IMG/VR virus record: IMGVR_UViG_3300023245_000015
Coordinates: 1-60,446 of that record
Strand: one strand, 5' to 3'
DNA from: a virus
Taxonomy: Duplodnaviria > Caudoviricetes
Length of the DNA: 60,446 bases
Shown here piece after piece: positions 47,405 through 55,763 of the stretch (position 1 is its first letter; the number at the start of each line of letters is the position of its first letter). The translations under genes were made by a program, and so were the position numbers. The notes under the pieces are model-generated. The model ran no database searches. It saw only the letters and a program-made list of their open reading frames with translations, and was not told where the DNA came from.

Positions 47405-47427
47405 GCCCCGTATTCCGGGGCTTTTTT
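47405..47427 (+). terminator. intrinsic terminator
   Basis: GCCCCG-TATTC-CGGGGC-TTTTTT. Confidence 0.85.
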
Positions 47428-47441
47428 AATGGAGAATTATC

Positions 47442-47651
47442 ATGCAACGATTAACGATAGTACCGGCATACGGCAGAGACTATAAAACTGCAGAGTCTGC
47501 CAGACTAGACTGGCAAAACAATAAAGATTTTATCATTAATGATATGTCGTCACCATATGACGGCAAACCTATAAACAGATTAGATGCGGACCAAATAGGT
47601 ATAAATGTGTCTATTCGATTCAATCGATTAAAGGCGGTAACCTACGCATGA
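47442..47651 (+). CDS. conserved early phage protein
   Basis: LT.VPAYGRDYK...DW...KDF motif; GGAG RBS. Confidence 0.7.
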   Translation: MQRLTIVPAYGRDYKTAESARLDWQNNKDFIINDMSSPYDGKPINRLDADQIGINVSIRFNRLKAVTYA

Positions 47652-47926
47652 AAATGAAAACAGTACACTTCAACATCTTAAAAACGGCAATTGACAAGAC
47701 ATTGGCGATACATAATTCAAAAGGTGAACTTACAGAATGTTATGAAAAGGGTAATTTTCATAATTCCGACCGAACAAAAGATCTCCGAAAGAGATTTTGT
47801 TTCGATATCCTCTATGGTAGTGGGTTGACCTCTTTTGTTTGCCAAGAGTTATACCCTTATTTGCATGACGATCATATTTATACAGCATTAAAAGCAATAT
47901 GCCCCAAAGTGAGTAGAGCGACGTGA
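47648..47926 (+). CDS. early hypothetical protein
   Basis: KDL.KRF.FD, LYPYL.DDHI.TAL. Confidence 0.7.
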   Translation: MKMKTVHFNILKTAIDKTLAIHNSKGELTECYEKGNFHNSDRTKDLRKRFCFDILYGSGLTSFVCQELYPYLHDDHIYTALKAICPKVSRAT

Positions 47927-48477
47927 AAACATTAAAGCTTTCAATCAAGCAACAATCTAACCGGGTTCAAAAATGGCTTAGCATGGCCACTGCAGCTGAT
48001 ATCACTGACGGTATGCAATGGTATAGCGAAGCGCATAGATGGGCTTCAAGCTTAGGTGACGTGGCTACAATCGCTCAAATCACTAGCATCCTTTCCGCTC
48101 AATGTGACTGGCAAGGCAATAAAAAGAATGTGATCAATTTTCTAGCTGGCGAAAAAGCGTCTATCTTCGCCAGTGGTCGCCAGTTGGCAGAATGTACAGA
48201 AGCTTTAACAGGCTGGAACATTCCGGCAGGTCGCGCTAAAACCTTTCGTTTCGCTGCCACTATAGCGGACCCTTCTAGATCCGACATCGTCGTCATTGAT
48301 CGTCATGCAATCAAGATTGCATTCAATCAACTAGACTCAAAAGAAATTTGCATAACAGCTAAACGTTATAGAGATGCTGAACAAGCCTATAAGAATGTCG
48401 CTCAACAAAATGGTCTTATAGGTAATCAGGTTCAAGCAATTACCTGGACCACCTACAAAAGAATAGTAAACAGATGA
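47923..48477 (+). CDS. HhH DNA-glycosylase-like early protein
   Basis: G.QWY..AH, LS....W..N, KT..F, VVIDRHA, VQAITW. Confidence 0.55.
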   Translation: MKTLKLSIKQQSNRVQKWLSMATAADITDGMQWYSEAHRWASSLGDVATIAQITSILSAQCDWQGNKKNVINFLAGEKASIFASGRQLAECTEALTGWNIPAGRAKTFRFAATIADPSRSDIVVIDRHAIKIAFNQLDSKEICITAKRYRDAEQAYKNVAQQNGLIGNQVQAITWTTYKRIVNR

Positions 48478-48505
48478 GTAAAACAATCATTAAGAGGTTA
48501 GACCC

Positions 48506-48856
48506 ATGAAAAATATCAAAAGGCTGTATAGGCTCCTAGATCTATCCGTGTTCCACTTTGACGGTACCTTGGACTATGGCAGGATTACAACTGGTATCAC
48601 GCTCCTAGCTAACCTGTTGGATGGTCATGATGAAATAGACTGGGGTATCGGTGAATTTGACAATGTCAGTCTGGATGAATTCATTGTTGGTGCGTATTGG
48701 CATTATGCCGATTATAATAATGGTCAGTGGTCACCAGAATATGCCGCACTATGTGCATTAGGTAAAATATTCAAACCGGGTATGAGCTCGGCAGATGAAA
48801 ACAGTTCGGTATATTTGACCCTGGCCGACATGGCTGACGAGTACAAAACATATTAA
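48506..48856 (+). CDS. early hypothetical protein
   Basis: GAGG RBS; GAYW..ADY..GQWS.EY motif. Confidence 0.65.
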   Translation: MKNIKRLYRLLDLSVFHFDGTLDYGRITTGITLLANLLDGHDEIDWGIGEFDNVSLDEFIVGAYWHYADYNNGQWSPEYAALCALGKIFKPGMSSADENSSVYLTLADMADEYKTY

Positions 48857-49121
48857 ATAATCGCATTATGAATTTAATTTTGATGGTTTTAGATCATAAT
48901 GCGATTATTTCCCGTGAAAACCGATGGGTGCCCAAGAGATTTATCGCGTGTCTCAATTCGGGTTAAGTGACTGTTTTATATCTTCTTTTTATATATTCAA
49001 AAACTCAAAACAATATAAATGGTACACATTGCACTGCACAACACTACAGCCTAGAAGACACGCGATAAATCTCTTGGGCACCCATCGGTTTTCGCGGGAA
49101 ACAATCGCATTATGATCTAAA
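48855..49121. repeat. 66-bp inverted repeat around a 102-bp AT-rich spacer, plus a 17-bp third copy
   Basis: 48888-48953 vs 49056-49121, 2 mismatches; 48855-48871 inverted to 48894-48910. Confidence 0.95.
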
Positions 49122-49255
49122 CACAATAAACAGGCTCTGCCAGTCATAACAGCATTACGCCCCGCCCCGCCTAAAATCATTCAATAATGCAGTCATACTT
49201 TACTAAATATCACCATATGCTAGTATTTCACTAATCATTTTAAATCGGGAATAAA

Positions 49256-49663
49256 ATGTTACCCAAATCTAAAAAACAGCTAGACAACGAACAGCACACG
49301 ATTGAACGCTATAAAGCTGAAGCCTATATAAAAGGCTGGCGGTTTATGTATTGGAGCACGAACGGCATCAGGCAGTACAAACACTATGAGTGCCTGACCT
49401 GTGCAGCTGCACAGGACATCACACCACAAAACATGCGAACCGGTAAGCCGGTTTGCCGTCAATGTCGCAACAACGTATATAAAGATGAGGCGGCCAAAGC
49501 CACCCCGCCCCTGGAGCTGCTAGGCCCGGCTCAAGATTTTGGGCATGATGGTAACTATCGTAGTTACCGTTTTGCATGCGGTCATATTCAGGATATCCAA
49601 TTAGGTGCGGTACGTTCTAATCGATTCACATCAAATGAGGACACATCATGGTTATCCGACTAG
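49256..49663 (+). CDS. zinc-ribbon repeat protein without a recognisable nuclease domain
   Basis: Two repeats YK.EA...Y..Y..(C)...QDI....R. Confidence 0.6.
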   Translation: MLPKSKKQLDNEQHTIERYKAEAYIKGWRFMYWSTNGIRQYKHYECLTCAAAQDITPQNMRTGKPVCRQCRNNVYKDEAAKATPPLELLGPAQDFGHDGNYRSYRFACGHIQDIQLGAVRSNRFTSNEDTSWLSD

Positions 49664-49773
49664 CACAAAGGCACACAGTCGCCCTGGGTGAAGTAGTTTT
49701 TTGGATTGTATTAATAGTATGGGCATTGATCCATGGCAACGAACGAAAATGACAATTTAATTGCAATAAAGAC

Positions 49774-49802
49774 TTGAAAAGTTAAAACAACTAGTTGACA
49801 AT
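49774..49802 (+). promoter_or_regulatory. putative sigma70 promoter of element 2 early genes
   Basis: TTGAAA-17 bp-GACAAT. Confidence 0.5.
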
Positions 49803-49843
49803 AACATTAAATAAAGCTCTACACACACACAAGGAACGAGGAA

Positions 49844-50020
49844 ATGAAAAACGAACCACCATTCAAAAATCCAGCGATCCGAGAATCTATGCAAATGGGC
49901 GGCAAGAGCCGAGGCGAGACCCGGGACCCCGGCGCGATTGCAATCCTCGAGCGCAGGGCTGCAAGGATGAGAGGAATAACAGTTGCCGAATTCCGGAAGT
50001 TGCCGAGATACGGGGCTTAG
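49844..50020 (+). CDS. 58-aa early protein (not in the track)
   Basis: GAGG RBS; MKNEPPFKNPAIRESM... Confidence 0.6.
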   Translation: MKNEPPFKNPAIRESMQMGGKSRGETRDPGAIAILERRAARMRGITVAEFRKLPRYGA

Positions 50021-50058
50021 CTATAGCAACCACCGCAGTCAAACAAGGAATCGAGAAA

Positions 50059-50349
50059 ATGAAAACAATTACAATTAACGACATTATCAGCCAGGAATTA
50101 ACAGTCGAAGATTTTACAGATGCAGAAATTTTGCAGTTGGCCTATGGTATAAAATTCGCGGATATGGACAGCGCTTATTGGTACCGAGTACAGCGCCCAC
50201 TTTTTTTAGCCAAACTCGAATCTCTCCAGAGTGTACCAAAATCTCTGGTAGATGATGCCTCACCAGCCGAAAATCGGTGCAGGGTATGCGGTGACTCAGG
50301 AATGTTTACGACTCTCGTAGGATCTGGAATCTGCGACGACTGCATATAA
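50059..50349 (+). CDS. early protein with C-terminal zinc finger
   Basis: AAGGA RBS at 50059; CRVCG...ICDDC. Confidence 0.65.
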   Translation: MKTITINDIISQELTVEDFTDAEILQLAYGIKFADMDSAYWYRVQRPLFLAKLESLQSVPKSLVDDASPAENRCRVCGDSGMFTTLVGSGICDDCI

Positions 50350-50377
50350 CCGACACAGTCAAACAAGGGATGAGAAA

Positions 50378-50578
50378 ATGAGCATAGAGTTAATCAAAGA
50401 AATCAAAAACGAAGAAGATGGATTAGCCGCATTGATCATGGACGGGAACGAAAAATACAACTACAGAGTAGTTCTTCGAGACACCGACGCAGAGGAAACA
50501 ATTCAAGTAATCTTTTGCCACAACTACATCGACGTTGAGAAATTCGCCAATGAATTTGTTTTCGGATTGGTGGCTTAA
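50378..50578 (+). CDS. early hypothetical protein
   Basis: Same leader motif as 50059; Y.VVLRDTDAEE. Confidence 0.65.
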   Translation: MSIELIKEIKNEEDGLAALIMDGNEKYNYRVVLRDTDAEETIQVIFCHNYIDVEKFANEFVFGLVA

Positions 50579-50739
50579 TGCCACCCACCACCGCAAACGA
50601 ACGCAAACGCCAGGAGCGCGAACGCAAACGCGGCGCTGGGCTTGTGAGAATCGAGCTATGGCTGACACCTGATCAGGCTAAAAAGGTCAGGGATTACGCT
50701 GAGGGCTTAAAGCGTAACGACTCACAGTCACCGAATTAG
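50578..50739 (+). CDS. small DNA-binding/antitoxin-like protein (DUF3018-like, not in the track)
   Basis: TANERKRQERERKRGAGLVRIELWL; TAATG coupling. Confidence 0.6.
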   Translation: MPPTTANERKRQERERKRGAGLVRIELWLTPDQAKKVRDYAEGLKRNDSQSPN

Positions 50740-50827
50740 TTCGGCCGCCCGCCAATGGGCACATAGTTTAGAGGTGTGGCGGGTTCGGCCTTGATGCACG
50801 TCTGCACCCATTCATAAACGGATTATA

Positions 50828-51040
50828 TTAGCCTTCGCACGATTCGCAATAGCCGTTTAACCTGTAATTAGCGTATGGCCCTACTTTTGGCTCTATCAGA
50901 GGTTTTCTTGTCAGGATATCATGCTCTTTTTCCTGAAAAACAAACTCTCGGAATGGTGCTGGATAGTCAGCCAGAGGCAGCACCAGCAAAGCGCCGTTGT
51001 TTTCTAATTCTACTAGGTCGCCCTTGATTGTGATGTTCAT
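50828..51040 (-). CDS. hypothetical protein
   Basis: ATGA coupling; C-terminal CESCEG. Confidence 0.55.
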   Translation of the reverse strand: MNITIKGDLVELENNGALLVLPLADYPAPFREFVFQEKEHDILTRKPLIEPKVGPYANYRLNGYCESCEG

Positions 51041-51432
51041 TTAGCTTTCACTCTTCTCTGACTGCAACCGCCCCGCCTCGAGTTCTCCGAATGCGTAACC
51101 CATTCCATATTCCAAAGCAGGTAGCCTTGACTCGAATCGACTCGATCAACTGACGGGCATAGCTTCCGGTCATGGCCCGACTTCTCCCAAGTCTCGAACA
51201 ACCTATGGAATTCACCGCTTGACCTCGCCCACGCGTAAAACAGATCTTTCTCTATCAAGGGTTTTCCCTCATACAGATGATGCTTTGAAGCCTGAACACC
51301 AGTGACTCGAGAGGTCATGTTTCTATAAAGTCGCATAAGAAACCCACTTTTGGTTTTCTCATATCTGTGAGTTGTCGCGTTGCCTTCTGCTTTTCGCTTC
51401 TGTCGCTGCTTCTCTAAGTCGCATTCTTTCAT
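51037..51432 (-). CDS. HNH-type endonuclease
   Basis: PSVDRVDSSQGY...NMEWVTHSENS. Confidence 0.7.
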   Translation of the reverse strand: MKECDLEKQRQKRKAEGNATTHRYEKTKSGFLMRLYRNMTSRVTGVQASKHHLYEGKPLIEKDLFYAWARSSGEFHRLFETWEKSGHDRKLCPSVDRVDSSQGYLLWNMEWVTHSENSRRGGCSQRRVKAK

Positions 51433-52580
51433 AATTCAGGCACCGCCGTTACTCGAGTCGTTTCGCCTTTATGCTTGTGATACGTGATCGCTCGAGCAGC
51501 ACGTAGTGATACATAACCGCCCCTGGCCGCATAAGCATCACGCGCCGCTAGTGTAGGATGACGTTCAACAATCGCACCGCCAGCCTCTGACATATCCTGC
51601 TCTGCGTGGTGATAGTGTCCGGTGTGGATATAAGTGTATTTTGAAGCGCCCCACATTGACCGATATCTAGGTTCAGAAGCAAACAATTCAGGAAGGGCTT
51701 TATTCTTCTTTTTGTGTCCGTGGTGGAAGGCCAGCATAATCTCACCATGCAGATAGGCGTAATAAGGGAAACATGTATCATCTACATCGACCCGAGGGTT
51801 TTTGACGAATACCGCCTTCATGCACTTTCGCAACCAAACCGATGATGTCTCATTGTGATTGCCTTCGCAGATAATGACCCGTAGTTTTTTGTGCTTCGAA
51901 AGTATCCGCTCAATACAGGCTATAACGCACCGAATAGATAACTCGACTAGCTTGTCGTATCTCGAGTCCGCGTCCAATACGTGACCGCTCGATGGTGTTA
52001 CTGGCGTCAGAGAATCCCAATGCTCCCAATCGCCCTGTATATTCAGTATCCCTAACTCGCCGTCAGGACTGCCCGTTATCATTGTCTCGAGCGCAGTAAA
52101 TAGCGTTTGCTCTGCTATATCTAAATCCCAATCGTCGCCGCATTCCTTACCGTAGGCGAGCATACCTAAATGATAATCTGTGAAGGTGTAAAGTGTGCAA
52201 AGGTCTGCGTTTGAATTCTTTGGCGCTTTGATTCTTTTTGCTACAGGCAAGCCTTTCGCTATATTTATTACCGCTTTCTCGAGTGATTCAACCTGCTTGA
52301 CCTTGTCAACGTCGGTCTTGATCCAGCGAGAACCGCTTGCAGTCTTTTCGTGTGTTGATACGCCTTTTAAATGGTAGCCTTCTGGCGCTCCATGCGTGTG
52401 CATATCAGGATTCTTTCTAGCAGCGCGGGCCTTGACCTTGGCTATCTGCTCGCCTACTGTTGATTTGCCCTTACCGCATACCCTTGCCGCTTCTGAGATA
52501 TTAAATCCGTTGGCGAGGTAGGATTTAATATAAGTCGTTTCTAACTCTGTTTCGCAATAATCTAATAGAAAATCACTCAT
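51429..52580 (-). CDS. calcineurin-like metallophosphoesterase with N-terminal HTH
   Basis: TDYH, GDWEH, GNHN, HHGH, GHYH; homolog of 1288-2463. Confidence 0.85.
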   Translation of the reverse strand: MSDFLLDYCETELETTYIKSYLANGFNISEAARVCGKGKSTVGEQIAKVKARAARKNPDMHTHGAPEGYHLKGVSTHEKTASGSRWIKTDVDKVKQVESLEKAVINIAKGLPVAKRIKAPKNSNADLCTLYTFTDYHLGMLAYGKECGDDWDLDIAEQTLFTALETMITGSPDGELGILNIQGDWEHWDSLTPVTPSSGHVLDADSRYDKLVELSIRCVIACIERILSKHKKLRVIICEGNHNETSSVWLRKCMKAVFVKNPRVDVDDTCFPYYAYLHGEIMLAFHHGHKKKNKALPELFASEPRYRSMWGASKYTYIHTGHYHHAEQDMSEAGGAIVERHPTLAARDAYAARGGYVSLRAARAITYHKHKGETTRVTAVPEL

Positions 52581-52824
52581 CTATGTATTCTTCCTCTGTC
52601 GCTATCGAGTACAAATCTTTTGCTGTCATATCCAGATATCCCAACAACTTAGCCAGGTCGTCAGGGTCAGGACTAAACGCGCCTTTTATATCGCAGGTAA
52701 CGCGGCCTGATTTATAAACGGTTAACATGACAAGCCCGTCAATATCCGCGCTTTCTCGGCAGCGTTCCTGCAAACACTCGTTAACCTCTTCTGATAGCGG
52801 GTCGATCATTCTGACGTCGCCCAT
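52573..52824 (-). CDS. hypothetical protein
   Basis: Coupled ORF. Confidence 0.55.
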   Translation of the reverse strand: MGDVRMIDPLSEEVNECLQERCRESADIDGLVMLTVYKSGRVTCDIKGAFSPDPDDLAKLLGYLDMTAKDLYSIATEEEYIDE

Positions 52825-53036
52825 TAAAACCGCTCCATCATTGCGCGGAGTTCTTCGCGGGTTATGCAGGACATACCCCAGTCGGTTTTATACTCAACCT
52901 CGCAGACGGAGACGGGCCTTGGTTTGGCGTAGCTGATACATTCAGAGAGTGATCGTGTGAGGTCTTTTGAGCATGGGATTTTTGATTGGCAGGAGGATAT
53001 TAAAACAGCTAATAGAATTAGGACAAAGAGTTTCAT
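52824..53036 (-). CDS. lipoprotein (possible o-spanin)
   Basis: Signal peptide with ISSC lipobox, in the lysis cluster. Confidence 0.55.
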   Translation of the reverse strand: MKLFVLILLAVLISSCQSKIPCSKDLTRSLSECISYAKPRPVSVCEVEYKTDWGMSCITREELRAMMERF

Positions 53037-53392
53037 TTCATCTTCCCCTTGATGGATTCAGCCAGCCCGCCACCAAAATAGAACATAACAATAGTGAGCA
53101 TAATCCAGCTAATTGAGAAGGTTTCCATAACCGCCATGACCTCTTCTGGCTTGCCTACGCCAGCCAAAGTGCAGCCTAGAACGACAAAAAAGCAGGTTAG
53201 ATAAGTGCCGCCAAACATTAGAGCGAGGTATCTTTGCGCCAGTTTAAACGGGGCGTATGCGTTCATTAAATCAATTTTGGCTTTTGACTTTGATTCCCTG
53301 GCCTCGGAGTCAGACTCGAATGCGTCGTCTATCAGATCCAGCCCTTTGGAGAGAACATCACTTGAACCGAGTATTTTTGCTAGGATTCCCAT
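53033..53392 (-). CDS. 3TM-holin-like protein
   Basis: MGILAKILG..D...LID; TMs followed by FYFG. Confidence 0.6.
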   Translation of the reverse strand: MGILAKILGSSDVLSKGLDLIDDAFESDSEARESKSKAKIDLMNAYAPFKLAQRYLALMFGGTYLTCFFVVLGCTLAGVGKPEEVMAVMETFSISWIMLTIVMFYFGGGLAESIKGKMK

Positions 53393-53667
53393 TACTCAGC
53401 CGTGACCTTACTGCCCGTAGTGGACAAGTACGCGATGTTGTTGTCGCAATGATTCATTCCAGCCCCGTTATTAACTAATCCAAGGTAATGCGGGTTAAAT
53501 GGCCCTCTCGACGATTCCCAGCCCGCTGTATTGGGCCAAATGGGAGGGTTATAAGGGCTGGGGACGTACTTAACCTCGGCAGGTTTGGCCCGCTCAAAGT
53601 CTAGTTGCTCTCGGAGAAACTTAACTTCTGTTTCAAGTTCAATGATGCGCTTATCTTTTGCGTTCAT
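53392..53667 (-). CDS. hypothetical protein
   Basis: GAGGG RBS, coupled. Confidence 0.5.
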   Translation of the reverse strand: MNAKDKRIIELETEVKFLREQLDFERAKPAEVKYVPSPYNPPIWPNTAGWESSRGPFNPHYLGLVNNGAGMNHCDNNIAYLSTTGSKVTAE

Positions 53668-53795
53668 ACCAATCCCTCGTTAGTTTCTCAATCTTTAGTT
53701 TTAACCACTGATAAAAATTGTCAGCTAGGTAGACGATCCACATTATTGCAGCGCCGATGAACAGTGCTGAAAATATGAGACTCCAAAATATAAAG

Positions 53796-54158
53796 TCAGT
53801 AAGTCCAGAAGTTTCCAGCTCGATCTTTTCCGATGTCAACATGTATAAACCTCGCGATTCCTTTCTGATTAATACCTACGCCGCCACGAGATTTTACTAG
53901 GGCGATTCGCGCAACAATTCTGGCTTGTGCGCCACTGATTCCAAAATCAACGGCTAGCCCTTTGGCGTGTGTTCCTGGTTGTTTCTTGCTTCGTTCGATC
54001 TTGTGATTAGGACACCGATAACCAGAGGTCACAGGTAATGGAAAACCGCACTCATCGCGGATATCTTGCGCGTAGTCGATCAGATCATCGCTAATCTCGT
54101 TGGTGTCACAACCGCAACGGCAGCCAAACTCGGCGCGGGTGAAGTTCTTCCATTTCAC
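53796..54158 (-). CDS. M15 peptidase endolysin
   Basis: F...EF.C.CGC, SGYRC..H, H..GLAVD, FIHVD. Confidence 0.88.
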   Translation of the reverse strand: MKWKNFTRAEFGCRCGCDTNEISDDLIDYAQDIRDECGFPLPVTSGYRCPNHKIERSKKQPGTHAKGLAVDFGISGAQARIVARIALVKSRGGVGINQKGIARFIHVDIGKDRAGNFWTY

Positions 54159-54490
54159 TTGGTTATCTTCTTAATGGCTGTCTCTAACAGCCGTTGTCCG
54201 TGGGTGTCTAACATGTAGACAATCCTACCTGCTAGGTGTCCCGAGATACCGCACATCACAGCAGTTAGCGGAAAGTTGAATTCAAGATATAAACAAGCGT
54301 AGGCGGTCATTAACGCGACGAATCCAGAAGCGAACCACTCGCCCAACAATTCAATAATGCTGAACTTTAGTTTTGAATCTCGCCTAATACGTGACACATA
54401 GTTAACAGTTCCGCCCATTACGCCTAGACAGATCATCCAGAGATAAGATCCGACCTCTTTAAAAAATATCTCGAAATCTTCCATTTTCAC
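54155..54490 (-). CDS. phage holin (LydA-like)
   Basis: GG.V.Y...F...EL.GE...SGF...GISGH.A. Confidence 0.75.
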   Translation of the reverse strand: MKMEDFEIFFKEVGSYLWMICLGVMGGTVNYVSRIRRDSKLKFSIIELLGEWFASGFVALMTAYACLYLEFNFPLTAVMCGISGHLAGRIVYMLDTHGQRLLETAIKKITK

Positions 54491-54933
54491 GTCCGTTTTG
54501 CCGCTGTTTTAGTGTTTGTTTTTTCGCCTAACGATATAGCGAATGAGCGCCTGATAGCCCCATCGGAAAAGTGTCTGATTAGGTCGTAATGAGTCAGAAG
54601 GTAACGAGCGAACACCTCCCGCGTTTCTCCATCTGCGTTCGGCGTTGTATGCCACTGTTTAGCATAAGCCGCGCACTCTGAATTGAGTCTGTAAGTTGGC
54701 GAGTATTTATACCTAAAGTAATGAGTCCAATAGGTAGCCCAATGCTCGGCTATATGGTGCGCTTCGTGGGCGTGTAGGGCGATATCATCCTTGTACTTTG
54801 GGTGTATCTTAATCCGCGTCCAAGGGCCAAACAGGGACACCTGGCCGCCCAATCTAACGTCATCGGTGTAGATCACGTCATGGAGAATCCAGAAACGCGG
54901 GAAACTCACAGAAGCTCTGCCGCGCTTGCGCAC
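54487..54933 (-). CDS. putative HExxH metallopeptidase
   Basis: HAHEAHH...Y..S..YRL..E..AY; homolog of 15732-16181; start uncertain. Confidence 0.6.
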   Translation of the reverse strand: MRKRGRASVSFPRFWILHDVIYTDDVRLGGQVSLFGPWTRIKIHPKYKDDIALHAHEAHHIAEHWATYWTHYFRYKYSPTYRLNSECAAYAKQWHTTPNADGETREVFARYLLTHYDLIRHFSDGAIRRSFAISLGEKTNTKTAAKRT

Positions 54934-54958
54934 AGTTCGCCCTTGTGTTGATTACGCA

Positions 54959-55216
54959 TCACAGAGGCGCTGGGTTAACTACTAAATGAGACTGATAAGC
55001 CGCGATAACTTCGTCAGTATGCACAGCCGCGCAGATGGACTGAACCTCTGCCGACTCAGTGCTGTAGTCGTCGCCTGCTGTGACAACGTGTCTGTGGAAA
55101 CTTGAAGATAACTCCGCGCCATCTTCGAGAACCTTGGTACAGGTTCTAATCTGTACGCTTTTAAACTCACCACAAATCTCAATCTTGTCTTCAGATACTA
55201 CTTTTTCAAGTGCCAT
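54959..55216 (-). CDS. tail-fibre-associated protein (probable chaperone)
   Basis: DKIEI.G.FK.VQIRT.T...EDG.ELS.SFHRHVV motif. Confidence 0.7.
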   Translation of the reverse strand: MALEKVVSEDKIEICGEFKSVQIRTCTKVLEDGAELSSSFHRHVVTAGDDYSTESAEVQSICAAVHTDEVIAAYQSHLVVNPAPL

Positions 55217-55716
55217 TACGCGGCCTCCTTCTTATATGTTTTATTCAAAACCACATTGCTAATTGTGGCAGATGTCGTGTTATACATTTTAGCAATAGCT
55301 GTTTGTGTCATACCATCTTGATAGAGAACTCGCATCTTCTCCGCTTCTTCAAACGAAAAGTGCCTGCTTTTTAATCCTTGTTGCCTAGCAACCTCTCGTT
55401 GTTTTTCTGATGGACTACGAAGTCCGGTAGCGAAAGCGTGCTTATGGTTTTCAGAGTGATTGCACCACTCAAGGTTTGCCACTCGATTGTCTAACTTGTC
55501 ACCGTTAATGTGGTTAACACAGTCCTTGCTTTCGTGCTTATTACAAAACGCTAATGCGACCAAACGGTGAATCGATTGTGTTTTATTGTGAAGTCTTACT
55601 GACAGGTATCCGCTTCCCGTTACGGCTGGTTTTAACCACCTGTTAGTCTTGTAACTCCATACGCGCCCATCCTCGCTGACCGCGTATGCCTCATCGATGT
55701 TTTTAAGTTCTGCCAT
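55216..55716 (-). CDS. NUMOD4-type HNH homing endonuclease
   Basis: Y.VS..GRV.S, IHRLVA.AF, VNHINGDK.DN...NLEW...EN..HA; AGGAG RBS at 55716. Confidence 0.9.
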   Translation of the reverse strand: MAELKNIDEAYAVSEDGRVWSYKTNRWLKPAVTGSGYLSVRLHNKTQSIHRLVALAFCNKHESKDCVNHINGDKLDNRVANLEWCNHSENHKHAFATGLRSPSEKQREVARQQGLKSRHFSFEEAEKMRVLYQDGMTQTAIAKMYNTTSATISNVVLNKTYKKEAA

Positions 55717-55763
55717 TGTGTGTTGCTCCTGTCTGCGCCTACCGTCCGATAGGCGCATGGTAG

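Noticed and set aside
49733-49814. Missing N-terminus of the DnaA-like ORF at 472 (circular join)
   Set aside because: It needs a frameshift and overlaps a plausible promoter; unsupported without reads
49795-50058. N-terminal extension of the 184-aa ORF
   Set aside because: It overlaps a promoter and a separate RBS-led ORF (49844-50020); the better start is 50059
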